A stretch of DNA of 64,000 bases, taken from positions 50,045,413 through 50,109,412 of the forward strand of contig NC_068996.1 of assembly GCF_001194135.2 (NCBI RefSeq), given 5' to 3'. Of the stretch, positions 38,425 through 52,242 are shown in pieces (position 1 is the stretch's first letter; each line of letters opens with the position of its first letter). The translations under genes were made by a program, and so were the position numbers. The notes under the pieces were generated by a model that did not search any database, was not told the origin of the DNA, and saw only the letters and a list, made by a program, of their open reading frames with translations. The DNA comes from Octopus bimaculoides (Eukaryota).

Positions 38425-39146
38425 TAATTACAAATGCAACAAAAAACAAGTAGGGTAATTTAAATANNNNNNNNNNNNNNNNNNNNNNNNNNNNNNNNNN
38501 NNNNNNNNNNNNNNNNNNNNNNNNNNNNNNNNNNNNNNNNNNNNNNNNNNNNNNNNNNNNNNNNNNNNNNNNNNNNNNNNNNNNNNNNNNNNNNNNNNNN
38601 NNNNNNNNNNNNNNNNNNNNNNNNNNNNNNNNNNNNNNNNNNNNNNNNNNNNNNNNNNNNNNNNNNNNNNNNNNNNNNNNNNNNNNNNNNNNNNNNNNNN
38701 NNNNNNNNNNNNNNNNNNNNNNNNNNNNNNNNNNNNNNNNNNNNNNNNNNNNNNNNNNNNNNNNNNNNNNNNNNNNNNNNNNNNNNNNNNNNNNNNNNNN
38801 NNNNNNNNNNNNNNNNNNNNNNNNNNNNNNNNNNNNNNNNNNNNNNNNNNAAGCTCTCAATTAATCCAAAATAGATATTGGCAAAATATTTCAAAGGAAA
38901 TATTTTAAGCAACCAGAATTACTGAGCAGCAAAGTTAATTAAAACTTAAAAATAAATGTAATTATCTCTAAAGGGGAAATCTTCTTGAGCCTAATTAGAA
39001 AATATTTTCCTCCCAAGTTAAAAATATTATCAAACCTTCAACAAAAATACTATTACCTTACTCAACTACTCAAAACTTGAAAAAGATTGTTTTTTCAAAC
39101 ATTTGCTAACTAACGAAACTAGAAAAAGCTCTTTCACTAACAACAA

Positions 39147-39194
<48 letters not shown>

Positions 39195-39821
39195 TATTAA
39201 GGTTGGATTTTAAAAGAAAAATCCTATTTCAAATTTGAATTCAGTTTCCTTGGTGTAATGTGCAGTTGCAAACATAACATCAGAAAATGCCAATGAATGA
39301 AGAGATGTAACTAAAAAGTTACTATGTATAATATATGCATCTCAATATTTAGGCCTAAATTGTCTTTAAAATACTATATATAACACACAGTGGTGCTCAA
39401 ACACAAGAGTAGATAATCTACTATGATTCAACAGCATCACCACTTATTGCTGCTTACATGAATGGAATTTGTTGAGCCAGATTTTCTATGGCTGGATGCT
39501 CTTCCTGTTGCCAACCCTCATCTTTTTCCAAGTAAGGTAAAATTTCCTTATGGCCAGACATGTTTTCACAGACAACTGGAAATGAATGACACTGCTTGTC
39601 TGACAGTGACACTCGTTTACAACTACCAAAGTTGTGTCAATACGCAGGGCATGCAGCACACTCAACAGTGTCAAGTGGTTGGCGTCAGGAAAGGCATCCA
39701 GTTGTAGAAACTATGTCAAAGCAGACACTGGAACATGATGCAATCCCTGGGCCCATCAGATCCTGTGAAACTGTCCAACTCATGCCATGAATGTTAAACA
39801 ATGATGGTGGTGATGATGGTA

Positions 39822-40621
39822 CAGGGTGTCCCAAAGAATATGTATACATACTTTAGCAGCTGATGACTCACTTTTCATTTAATTTTTTAAAAAATTTAAT
39901 TTATTAGAAATAATGAAGGAAGCCAGACTAACTTTTAAACAAAGAAAGATTTATCCTTATGTACTACTGGACATCTGAAAATGCAGTCAATGTGCAAAGC
40001 CAGTTTAGGAGGGGGCTTTAAACAGATCCACCCTTGTACTTACTCTCACTTGAATTAGAGATAAGCTTGAAGTGGGTAGAACTCCAGAACGTCCTCAAGA
40101 AATGTTCTGGAAGACTACAAACAGCATGCATCAGGGGGGGCTCACAAAGCAAGAAAAGTTACAAGTGTATTGCTAGAGTTAAAAAAAACCTGTTTGGCAA
40201 GCAAGTTGTGAGATAGGAATTTTAAAATCTTAAAGCAATGTCATTGGGAAAGTTACATTCCAAGAATAATCCATGAACTCAAGGAAGATGGTTCAAAACC
40301 AAAGAGTTGAGTTTTGTGAATGGTACTTGGCAAGATACACATCCTCCAGTAAAGAGTGTTTGGAGTGGTGAGGTTACATTTAAATTAAATGGTTCAATTA
40401 ACCATCACAATTGTAGATACTAGGGACTGATAATCTGCACATTCAAAGGAACATCATGTTAACTTACCAGGAGTTACAATTTAGTGTGGTTTGTCATTAA
40501 AAGGGCCTATTTTAAGGTTTTGCCAAACAGGTGTATTGAAAGAAGAGGTTCGGTAGAAGCCTTTCAGCATCCAGCAGACTTCACACGAATGGACTTTGTA
40601 TAAATGTTTTGGGACACCCTG
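39822..40621 (+). mobile_element. Degenerate Tc1/mariner-superfamily element
   Basis: Perfect 14-bp TIRs cagggtgtcccaaa and tttgggacaccctg with TA on both sides. Confidence 0.8.
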
Positions 40622-41019
40622 TATGTATTATATAGATATACAACAAACCTCTTTCAGTTTCTGACTACCAAATCAAATCTGTTCACAAGGTTTTGATTGG
40701 CATGTGACTTTGGTAGAGGACACTTGGCCAAGGTGCCATGCAGTGAGAATGAACCAGAAACAATGTGGTTGGGAAGCAAACTTCTCTATCACACAGCTGT
40801 GCTTGCACCTTAATTTTTCATTTCATGTAATTATTACATAATGAAGCTTTATTGCATTGGGGAAAAACTTTGCAGCCCACTACTGTATATTATAAGCAGC
40901 TCTAATTTTAATCTTGATTTTTGTGCAAAAAAAATGTGTATTAAATGTAGAGTTTCACAGTATTTAATTATATGAGTTCTAAGCTAGCATGTATATAAAT
41001 TTTTACTCTTTTTATTTAC

Positions 41020-41105
41020 CTTCAACATTGTTGATTTTCTTTAATGCATTACAATATGGTGTTCGAATTCTGAAGCTTTTCCTTCGAATTTTTATCAATG
41101 TAGAT
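41020..41105 (-). CDS. CRAMP1: CRAMP1 coding exon 7 (STLIKIRRKSFRIRTPYCNALKKINNVE)
   Basis: aattttag|A...G|gtaaat; 86 nt, phase 2 to 1; matches the family RIKAP.CRALKKL motif. Confidence 0.92.
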
Positions 41106-41931
41106 CTAAAATTATAATAAATAACAAAATATGACATAAACATTGTATATTTAAGTACATTGCTTTGAAATGTATTTTATGATCATAATTTACCTTCCTT
41201 TTATTGCTTGTGTTTAGCCCTGAGTCAGTTCTGATATATGGTCAGGGACATAATATCTATGACCATCCTGTCATTTTATAAATTGGCACTGACTATACTG
41301 ACCAATTTAAAAAATTTTTAGCATTTAAACCAGCCATATTGGCCAACATATTGAGATAAATTCAAACTGACCAGATCTAGTCTCTAATACTTACCTTACA
41401 ATATTATTCTAAAAATAACCATTTACATTGCTGAAATCTCAAAGCTACATGGTAATGCACAACTAATTAAAAACAAATGTGAATAAATAAGCATTATATT
41501 CGACAGAGAAATCTGAATGCTAAAAGGTTAAACAGTACAGTGTGATTTGAAGGAAATTTGACTTATTTTAAGTTGCTTGAACAAATACACAGCGGCTTCC
41601 CTATTAACATGTTTGTATAAGACGACAAAGACTGCAGAGTCAAAGATGGTGTCAGAAGTAATTAACGGGTTAGAAAGGTACTGACTCAACTGACTGAAAA
41701 TATAATATAATGATTTAAAATTTTCAATTTCAAAATAATGAAATGAGATTTAAGGATTTCTTTGAAGGAGGGTTTAGTACAAGAAACTGTTTCTAACAAA
41801 AACATGTTAGTAATTTTAGATTTGGATTTTCTTAATATTTAATCCTTATTCTATAGAAGCTTATTCTTTAATAAATTTTGTGGGGATAAATTTTTTTTGA
41901 TCTTTTACAATATAATTTTTATTTTATTTAA

Positions 41932-42143
41932 CCCTTTAGCATTTAAACTGGCCATATCCAGCCCAAATATTCTACATGTTTTACATTAAAACCAGCCAGA
42001 TCTGGCCTTTCACACCTACCTTACAATGTCATTCTAAGAATAAAGAAGCACATCATCGAAATCTTGAAGCTATGAGATAATGCATGGTTAATTCAAAACA
42101 ATGTGAATAAATAAGACTGAGTAATCTGAATGCTAATGGATCA
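41932..42143. mobile_element. piggyBac-type MITE (TTAA-CCCTTT end); siblings at about 41308-41531 and 46675-46970
   Basis: ttaaccctttagcatttaaac start; the sibling ends gctaaaaggttaa; shared ccagatct..cctaccttacaat..tgtgaataaataag core. Confidence 0.65.
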
Positions 42144-42789
42144 ATGTAATCATTTATGTTATATTCACTTTAGTTTATATTTAAACAATGTTTTAATTAC
42201 AAAAATAAAGAACTATGTATCTAACTTATTTAATTCTTTTGAAACATCATTTATTAAGTTGTTTCAGGTGTTCTGTGTTTTAATTTTACAACCAATTAAT
42301 GCAGGAAACTTAGGACGAAAAAAGAAAAGGTTTTTCTAAAATATGTTATTAAATACATAAAATATTTAACACTTTCATGACAATATTCCTTTTGAAATGC
42401 CTTGTTCATGGGTTTTGATTTTTTTCTTAAGTAATCAAAAGTTTTGATGCAGTTTAGGAAATTATCGTTATCATTTGGAGCATATTTTAAAAGATCTTAA
42501 AATTTATGAATGAAAGGTTTTAATCTAAATATGAACACTTCAAAACAAGAGAAATCAGAACCAAGGTCTCAGAGAACTAAATGAAAGTATACTGTCTTTA
42601 TGAGTGAATACAAAAAATATAAAATATTGCAGAAGTGAAGATAGGAAATTATGACAACAATGTACAAATATATACTACTTCATTGTTATATGAGATTTTA
42701 ATAAGCACTTCTAGTACTACATCTGGTACAAAATAAGGACTAGTGTGCAAAGCAGAATTGTATATTACTCAAAAAATATATGATATCAG

Positions 42790-43590
42790 TAATCAGATTC
42801 AACGGATATTATCCAATCATCGCATTCTTGGTCTACCTCTAGATCTCCTGCCAGTTGGCTCAGCTTCAAGAATCTGTCTTGCACTACTTTCCTGCAACAT
42901 TCTAATCATATGTCCTAATGCAGAAAAGTAGCAGCTCACCCTGGAAAGGCTCCTTGATCTCTGAGCTAAGCACCCTGACAAGTAATATTACTGCAGAGAT
43001 CCTACGGATGAACCCCATTTTGATGCTTGTATTTGCAACTGTACTCTTTTTTTTTCAGTCATTACCCCCCAAAACTGATGATCACAGGTGAGCAGAGACA
43101 CAAAAAAAAAAACAAATTAAAGACAGCAAGTTTGGCATTTACACATAATCTCTCCTCTTCTGGAACTGGTGCTTTACCGTACCATCACCTGCAATTCCAG
43201 CTTTCAGTTCAAAGCACGGCTTGAAAGCAAGTCTCCACTTTTGCATATGCAGAACACACCGAGGCATGAAAAGTTGCAGCAGAGACAGTAAAAACGTCCA
43301 TAGCTAAGTCATGGTTGGACTCTGACTTAAGACTGGCCAATAAAGGATTCTGGCAAACCATTTCCCAACTTTGTAAGAAGAAGCCCTCATCTATAACTGT
43401 GATTAAGAACTCATCTGGGGTTCTACTTCTCTCTACAGAGAAGAACATTCTGAGGAAGTAGAGAGAATACTTTTGTTGATCTCTTAATTCCAGTCATGAT
43501 ATAATCTTCTGGTGGGCATGACGTGCATCTAGAGGCAAAGACTAACCTCACAGAGGCTGAAGTCAGAGAGGCAATTAAAGCCAATTTAAT
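42790..43590. mobile_element. RTE LINE remnant in two opposite-orientation pieces
   Basis: Minus 42790-43203: NAKLAVFN..IQAS..HMIRM..ARQILEAEPTGRRSRGRPR. Plus 43204-43590: FKA..AAETVK..NKGFWQTI..REYF..LTEAEVREAIK. Confidence 0.75.
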
Positions 43591-43613
43591 TACAAAGGAA
43601 AATGACATCTTAC

Positions 43614-43662
43614 CCTTCTTGAATGAATTCATTTAATTTGTGTAGATTTTTATCAGCTCTCA
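43614..43662 (-). CDS. CRAMP1: CRAMP1 coding exon 6 (MRADKNLHKLNEFIQEG)
   Basis: tttatttacag|TG...GG|gtaaga; 49 nt, phase 1 to 2; matches the family KLNELIQ.G motif. Confidence 0.9.
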
Positions 43663-44392
43663 CTGTAAATAAAAACAGAGAACTATAATAATCAAATATG
43701 AAATATTACCAACCTTCACAGTAGATATTCTAAAGTAAATCTAATTTTTTAAATATATTTTCATTGTTATTCTTCAAATTACGGGAAGTGAATTAGTGGA
43801 GTCTTTAGAGCATTGGATAGAATGCCTTGCAGTATTTATTCTAACCCTCTGTGCTCCAAGTTCAAATCCTGTTGAGGTCATCCTTGTCTTTCATCATCTT
43901 TGAATTGTGCTTTGGTATGTAACAAGTGTGTTTCTAAATTGCTCTGTTGATAGGCGAAACGTTACCCAACTTACCAGACATTTTAATGCACTTAATGATT
44001 ATATTAAGTACATTATCCCACCTACCGCAGACACAGCTAATAGTTGAAGACAACTGAGAGGTGTAGCAATAAGACTGAAGCTTCATAAATGCAATGCCAC
44101 AGTTGGAAACTGTATGGAAGCACATAGAAAGAACAGCTTTTGCTTTGGGAGGTAGATTCAATGTGTGACTCAGTTTAATCCCACCACCTGAGCTCTTGAG
44201 CACCTTTAGCAGAGTTTATTCTGTGTCACAAGCTTTTGAGCCAAGTTCCCAATCAAGGATAATTTTCTCCCATCTGTTTTGGAGCACACCTTCCCACCCC
44301 CACTCCTACAAAAAAAAAAAAAAAAGTGACGAGTGCTGCCCACCTTCTCCTTGACTAAATCATGAAAAAAATATTTTAAAAAGTATACTTAC

Positions 44393-44464
44393 TCCCTCCA
44401 AGCCTTTTTCGCATTTCGCCATAATGTATTAAACCATAAACTTCAAGAGCATGCTTTTTGATAC
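44393..44464 (-). CDS. CRAMP1: CRAMP1 coding exon 5 (GIKKHALEVYGLIHYGEMRKRLGG)
   Basis: ttcttcag|GT...A|gtaagt; 72 nt, phase 1 to 1. Confidence 0.94.
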
Positions 44465-44898
44465 CTGAAGAATAATATTTTAAAAATCCATTGAATTAGT
44501 TTAAAAAATTGATTTTTTCTTTCTTTTGGGGGAAATTAATCTATGGGTTTACATGAAACATATTAATACATTTTAAACGAAATGAAGATGAGCATGACAC
44601 TCCACAGATGCAAGCATGAAAGGGTGGATGTTAAAAGATGATGATTATGATGTGAATGCAAACATAAAAGATATATGAAACAGAATGAATGCCCTTTCTA
44701 ACACTAACCAGTTTACACCGAGTGCTTTTTACATAGCACCAGCACTTTATACATTGCACTGATACAGGTGCTTCTTATGTGGCACCGGCATGGGTGCTTT
44801 TTAAAAATGATATAAGATGAAAGGAAAAAAAAAAGTCATACAAATGACATAGTATTTGAGGGTGTTTTTTACTTGTTTAAATCAAAGAAATAACTCAC

Positions 44899-45052
44899 CG
44901 TCTTTCATTTCAATATATTTAGAAATTTTATTCCAAGTTCTATAATAAAAATGGCGGACTTGCTCTTTGTTTTTAATCATCATAGCTAGAGCACCTTTTT
45001 TCTTGTATTTTTGAGCAAAATTATTCTGTATAGCATCAAAGTCTCTGCCACA
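44899..45052 (-). CDS. CRAMP1: CRAMP1 coding exon 4 (CGRDFDAIQNNFAQKYKKKGALAMMIKNKEQVRHFYYRTWNKISKYIEMKD)
   Basis: tttcag|TGT...G|gtgagt; 154 nt, phase 0 to 1; strongly conserved SANT-like segment. Confidence 0.96.
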
Positions 45053-46318
45053 CTGAAATCAAAATGATTATTTTCATTACAAACAAAAAACAATTTAATA
45101 GAAAAAGAAATGAAAAAAAATATTGTATTTTATTAATATTTAGCAGAAGCACAGAGTGAGTTCGGAACCAAGAGTTTTGTGTGTTAGCACTTACCAAAGT
45201 TTGATAAGTGCCAACACATGAAACTGTTGGTCCATGAGTCACTCTGTGTATTTTGTTTTATCTATAGTCAGTGGAACATATTGTGTTGCTTATGGTAAAA
45301 GATTGAGATTTTATTTAAATAAAAATAGATGACAAAATTAGTTTGTGGATATTTAAAAAAAAACAATCAACGATTTGGAAAAATTCTTTGCAATAGAATC
45401 ATGTATGGATGTGATTAAAAGATTTAAATTGAACCATTCAAATGCAATGATACAATAGTACATTATCCCTATTTTGCGGGTGGATAGTGGGGTATATTCT
45501 CATATGTCTTTCTGCAATAGGCACAAAGCATGGAATTCTGGGAAAGCAGGGCAGTGCTCGACTGGTATGTATTTTATCAATGCAAAGAGGTTCAGAGAAC
45601 CTATGCCACTCTACCCTCCAGCAGAATTCTGAACTCTATGTGAAGTTGGGAGAAGTGTTGCAAAGCATTTTGTCCTGCATGCTAACAATCTAGTCAAACT
45701 GTCCAACCCCTGCTAGCATGGAAAAACGGGCGTTAAGTGATGATGATGATTTTTCATTTGGCATGGATTGGATGGATCTCAACAGTATCTTATCACTCAT
45801 CTCCAAAAATTTCATTATCTAGCACAAACAGCAACAGATGAAGCTAGTGATTTTTGTTGTTGGTGTGTTATCCTCACCATCACCCTCATCATTTAACATC
45901 TGCCTTCCATGCTGGCATGTGTCGAACAGTTTGACAAGAGCTGGAAAACCAGAGGACTGTGTCAAATTCTAATGACTGCTTTGGCATGGTTTCTACAGCT
46001 GGAATGCCCTTCCTAACACCAACACCACTTTATAGAATGTGTACTGTGTGCTTTTTTCTATGTGGCACCAGCACCAGTGAGGTCACCCAGTAACACTAGC
46101 AAGACAAAATCTCCCCCTCAACTAAGTAGTTATGTACCTGGTGATGAGATGTTAAGAGTATGAATAGAGGGATAGAAACTGGTGTCCTGCTGTAGAGGAG
46201 ATACATGACCAACTTGTTTGTTAAAAAAAAAGGGGAGGAGACGAGAGAGAGAAGAGGTAAAAATGTGTTGGGACAAATTTACAAGGATGGGTCAAGTGTA
46301 TTAGTTTGAATTTCTTAC

Positions 46319-46416
46319 CTCATTTAAAGCTTGGAAAAATGTACTCTTTTCATCAACTGTCCACAATTCCCATTGCCTTTTCTTAGCTTCTGGTGTAGCA
46401 GTTTTAACTTCTTTAG
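46319..46416 (-). CDS. CRAMP1: CRAMP1 coding exon 3 (KEVKTATPEAKKRQWELWTVDEKSTFFQALNE; SANT start)
   Basis: tttcag|CT...GAG|gtaaga; 98 nt, phase 1 to 0; matches the family RRQWESWS..FFEGL motif. Confidence 0.93.
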
Positions 46417-49011
46417 CTGAAATTTAACATGCATTATGTTGAATAAATACTATCTTATAAATTAAAAAAAACATTAGAAAATATTTTACCATATATAAAT
46501 AAAAATGTAGCATTACAATTTGTTCCAACCCCTAGAATTAGCTTTATTACTTCAAAACTCAATGGAAGCACACACAGGTAGTTTGCTTCTTAGAAGTATA
46601 GTCGTGGAAAAGATGAGAGTTAAGCAGACTGTAAGAAAGCTCTGTCACTTTTATGGTACTTCTCATCTGTATCTTAATCCTTCACAACATTCAGATCATT
46701 CTGTCAAATGTAATGTTCATTTATTCACAGTGTCCTGAATTAATCCTGCATTGTCTCATAGCTTTGAGATTTCAATGGTGTGACTGTTTAGTTTTAGAAT
46801 GACATTGTAAGGTAGGTGTGAGGGCCCAGATCTGGCCAGTTTTTACCATCAAACAAGAAGAATATTTTGGCTAGATATGACCAGAGAAAGAGGCTGGATC
46901 TGGCTACCCTGAACATAAAACAAGGTAGAATATTTGGGCCAGATATTTTGGGATAAACGCTTCAGGGCTAAAGATAGTTTCAACAAAGTCTGAATAAGTT
47001 AGCTTTGTAATATCCACAGATAAAATATGAAAAAGTTAGAAAATACATATAGTATGTAAAACAAATAAGGAAGGTAACAACTTGTAAAATAATGCCAATA
47101 AGATGCTTTTGGTGAAGGTAGGTGGCTAAGTGGTTACAGTTTTCAGCTCAAGATTGTTAGATCAGGAGTTTGATAGCTGGCAGTGCATTATGTCCATGAG
47201 CAAGATGCTTTATTACATATTACACCTGTCCACTCAGCTGGTGCAAAAATGAGTTGTACCTGTAATTCAAAGAGCCAGCCTTGTAACATTCTGTGTCACA
47301 CTCAATTTCCCTGAGAACTAGGTTATAAGTATGCTCAGCCATTTACATTTTAATTTCATGAGCAAGCTGTTCCATTAATCAGATCAACTGGAACCCACAT
47401 CATCGTACCTGATGGAGTGCCAGATTTTCTAAAGATGCTTTTTATCCAACTCATGCAAACGTGAAAAAGTAGACATAAAAACAAACAAACAACTAGCACT
47501 ACAAAAGTTCACTTTCCAAGATAATGAGTCTTTTATCAGATGCAAAGCACAAATAACATACATACGTCAGTTTAGTGTGGCACAGGGATAAAGAGATCAA
47601 ACAGATTGTGAAAAAAATATTTTATGAACCAAAACACGTTTAATCAAAGATATGTCCTAAATACTGCTCATATATATATATATATATATTTTCATGATGC
47701 AGCTTGTTATTTGATTCAAGTAGGAGTACTTTGTAGTCACAGACATTTTCACAATGGCCATTCAGGTTATGACATGTTTTTGTTTTGCAGGGAAGGAACA
47801 AATCTTTACATAAAAAAAAGATTCTTGTGTGTTTAAATGTAGCAAAGATTTTTGGTAAAAAAAGGAGAGTTACTAGTTCAATCTGATTTTTGATAAACTG
47901 GCAGTGAAATTCAATTAAAACTTTCACTCATTGATTCTAATATTAATTTAGCACCATTTGTATATATTTCTGAGACTTATAATTAACGAAGTAGTTAATG
48001 AAATTGGTGATAGATTGATATGCAAAATTAACTATCATGAAGATGAAAAGTAGGCAAGTTGAGGAGATGGCGAGTCATTAAAAGTATCAGCCGGTGTAAA
48101 CAACAAAAGCAGCTGACAGCTACATGTTATATATGAAAGGGCAATCCCTCCTGGATGGAAAAGTGTTGCATGTTAACTCTAGACATGATCAAGAAAAGTG
48201 GTGCTATGTCATTCTGTGGAGAATGTCTAAATCAGTGCTGGCATGGAAACTAAAATGGATATTTCTCTCACAGAATATAGATAGTAGTGCAATCTGAGAA
48301 TTATAGAATTAAAAAGAAGCAACCTTCTTTTTTTTTTTTACTAATCTTTTTAAGATTATATTTCTAATGAAGTACACTGATTATGTACTTCAATTAATTT
48401 TGAAAATAATTTGGAAGTTTTAATAAAATTAAAATAACTCTTGCTTATTTAACAATCTGGTGTTTGTAATATAACTTAAAGGGTTCTTTCATCAAATTAA
48501 GACAGAAGGGTTTATTGTAAACCATCATCATTTGATATCCATTTTCCATGGAAAATGCTAACATCAGTGCAAATATAAAATATCAATTTACAAAACAGGA
48601 AATTCTATGTGAAAGAACTAGAGGCTGTCTTAAATGAGTTGGTATGAGACAGGTTCAGATGTCAACCACTAAAAGGTGCTGCTAGACAGTCCAAAAGAGT
48701 CACAGGTAAATTTGTAATAAATATTATTAACTTTCTCACTTGTTTTGAACATAAACAACAACCACCACCATAGATCAATCATCATCATCATCACCATTAT
48801 TTTAACATCCACTTTTCCATGCTTACATGAGTTGGATGGAATTTATTGAGGCAGATTTTCTACAGCTGCATGCACTTCCTGTCACCAACCCTCACTCATC
48901 AGTTCCCACAAAATATTGGAAATGAATGGCAACTGCTTTTATGACAGTGACACTCATTACTACTGTGTCAAGACAAGAACACTAACATAAACGCATACAC
49001 TCAACACATAC

Positions 49012-49064
<53 letters not shown>

Positions 49065-49574
49065 TTTGGGTTTCTTTCAGTTCCTGTCTACCAAAGATAC
49101 TCACAAGATTTAGGACAGCCTGGGGTTATAACAGAAGACACTTGTGCAAGGTACCATGCAGTGGGATTGAGCTGCAACTATGAGGATGGGAAACAAACTT
49201 CTTTATCACAGAGCCACACAAGGACTTGTAGAGGGGAATCTGGTGTTTATGTTGTATAAGCATGTCACAATACATTTGCAAGACTAAACAATAACAAAGT
49301 AAATTTCTTTCTTGTTTTTTTTTTTACTAGAAAAATAGAAGCTACAAAAATATTGAACTCTGAAAAAGTTTTTGATTGGAACTGTCAGACTTATTTAAAA
49401 ACATGAAAAGATAATGTCAAAAATAAACTTTTATATAAAAATAAGTTAAATCAGTGCTTTATTTTAGCATTGAAGTCACTTGAATTTCGGCTGAACCAAA
49501 TAAATCAGGTGATGATTGTTATGAAAACAGTTCAGAATTTATCTTTACTTTTTATAAATAAATAATTGTGTGCC

Positions 49575-49760
49575 AGTACTGCTGGACTGGCCCTTGTGCA
49601 GGTGGCACGTAAAAGCACCCACTACACTCTTGGAGTGGTTGGCGTTAGGAAGGGCATCCAGCTGTAGAAACTCTGCCAAATCAGCACCAGTCCTCAGTCA
49701 AATCGTCCAACCCATGCTAGCATGGAAAGCGGACGTTAAACGATGATGATGATGATGATG
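49575..49760 (+). mobile_element. Young family B retroposon copy with internal deletion
   Basis: Body and ggacgttaaac(gat)n tail; lacks the attggagcctggtgtagccttctgg segment. Confidence 0.8.
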
Positions 49761-52081
49761 AATGCTAGCAATAAATAATTGTATAATGCCAGAGGAAGAA
49801 ATTAGTCAGTACCATTAACAACAGTACTTGACTAGTACTTTATTTCATTAACCATGGTGGCATGAAAGGCAAAGTCAATCTCAGCTAAACTTCAGAGTGT
49901 AAAAGAGATGGAAGAAATACCACAAGGTATTTAGTCTGATGCTCTGGTGATTCCAGCCATGCACCACCCTACTTTTCATAAATAGTTCTTACAAATTTTA
50001 GAAATTCTGAGGGGAGAAGTCGATTACATTGACCCACCAGAACTCAATTGGTGCTTATTTTATCGACCTCGAAAGGGTGAAAGGCAAAGTCGACCTCGGC
50101 GGAATTTGAACTCAGAACATAAAAACCAGAAGAAATGCTGCTAAGCATTTCGTTTGACACTGTAATGATTCTGCTAACAAATTCGAAGAATGGGGAAACA
50201 AATTAATTCAACCAAAATAAAGACACTAAGCATTCTTTAACACCTGTTGTTGTTGTTATTATTATAGAAGTTTACTACCCGGCCGAGGTAGAGAATACGT
50301 AACCCTAACCCTAAACACCGGGTGTACGTATTTACTTTCGCCTACTACCCAACATCAGCACTGATTGAACGGATCTATAATCAAAGCTATCCCAACTACG
50401 ACCATCTAGTCTTAGTGTATAACAAGCACAGCATTATCCAACGTGTCAATTTTTTAAAAATTTACGAAGACATTGATAGAAATTTGGCTGCTATTTCTAG
50501 CAGATTGAGCGACCGCTTAGTAAGAATAATCAAAAAGGTCCAAGAGAGTCTCTACACGGTCATTTGAGTTGGTAGAAATAGCAGCCAAATATCCACTCAA
50601 ATCATACTCTACCGCTTAAAGAAAACAAAAAGGACCTCCTAAATAATGTAGTTTTATATATACTACAGGGGAAACATTACGGGAAAAAAAAACCCAGAAC
50701 GGATGATCACAATTGGAATGTCTTAGATCATAAATCTGTTAGGACAGAGTTAGTCTATGTTTAAATAAATAAGAGCGAGTGCTGAATAATACATTTTTAT
50801 GTTTTAAGAGGGTGTCTCCACGTTTTTATATCGAGTGGATCGACCAAGAAAAATAACTACAATCTCGATAACATACACACGTGTAGGTTATCGAGTTTTC
50901 AGTTGGAAAACAAATAATTATTAAACATCGAAAATAAAACTGTATATTTCTTAGAGTTGGACAGATTTTTTTTGAATTATTGAATCTATCAGTTTCTACA
51001 TAAACACAGATATAGGTGAAAGAAACAAATAAAAACGCATGTACACCGGTTTCGGCGAGTTTTTCGATTGTTCCGTCAAACTAACACAACTACATGCTCG
51101 TCGAATTTAATACGTAACTGGCTGAATATCCCACAGACACGTGTTCTCTTGACGTCAATCAACAAGCAGATTCATAGTGATACAGTTTGTATGGCAAGGC
51201 TTTACAGGTACACTTTATATCCGACGGGCTTTTACCACCGGTATATTATGTCTGTTCAAATTCGCTCACGTTAAATACTTGGGTCGAACCGAAGCCTTAT
51301 AATAACTAACAATTGCTCAAGATACTAAGCAGTGAGATCGAAACCTGAACCTCGTGATTCCGAAGAAAACTTCTTAACCATTCAGCCACGCTGCATGCAC
51401 ATATATATCTAATTACATATATATATCTAATTACATATATATATCTAATTACATATATATATCTGTAAAAATATGTGACACTTATTTTTACAGATAAATT
51501 CCTCTATTTACATGATATCGAGGTTTCTTTCTTTCGTCTGTTGTCCTTTCTATCAATATATATATATATATATGCATGTATGTATATATATATATGCATG
51601 TATGTATATATATATATGCATGTATGTANNNNNNNNNNNNNNNNNNNNNNNNNNNNNNNNNNNNNNNNNNNNNNNNNNNNNNNNNNNNNNNNNNNNNNNN
51701 NNNNNNNNNNNNNNNNNNNNNNNNNNNNNNNNNNNNNNNNNNNNNNNNNNNNNNNNNNNNNNNNNNNNNNNNNNNNNNNNNNNNNNNNNNNNNNNNNNNN
51801 NNNNNNNNNNNNNNNNNNNNNNNNNNNNNNNNNNNNNNNNNNNNNNNNNNNNNNNNNNNNNNNNNNNNNNNNNNNNNNNNNNNNNNNNNNNNNNNNNNNN
51901 NNNNNNNNNNNNNNNNNNNNNNNNNNNNNNNNNNNNNNNNNNNNNNNNNNNNNNNNNNNNNNNNNNNNNNNNNNNNNNNNNNNNNNNNNNNNNNNNNNNN
52001 NNNNNNNNNNNNNNNNNNNNNNNNNNNNNNNNNNNNNNNNNNNNNNNNNNNNNNNNNNNNNNNNNNNNNNNNNNNNNNNNN

Positions 52082-52114
<33 letters not shown>

Positions 52115-52242
52115 ATATATACACGTGTTGTATGTGTGTCTAACACAAGTACACCTTTATACATACTTCGCATAGTTAGATTGGAAGACTACCAGACAAA
52201 TAACACGCACAGCCAACATCCATCAACTTCGAAAATACTTAC

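Noticed and set aside
38220-39140. AT-rich gap flanks as a mitochondrial insertion (NUMT)
   Set aside because: No recognisable mitochondrial protein, tRNA or rRNA motif; the left part falls inside a TIR-bounded MITE.
43209-43632. Minus-strand ORFs as extra CRAMP1 exons
   Set aside because: Apart from the real 49-nt exon ending at 43614, they are antisense to an RTE fragment on the plus strand.
45190-45270. Candidate exon with a strong gtaagt donor
   Set aside because: Exons 3 and 4 already join in phase and give the contiguous conserved motif; this segment has no family similarity.
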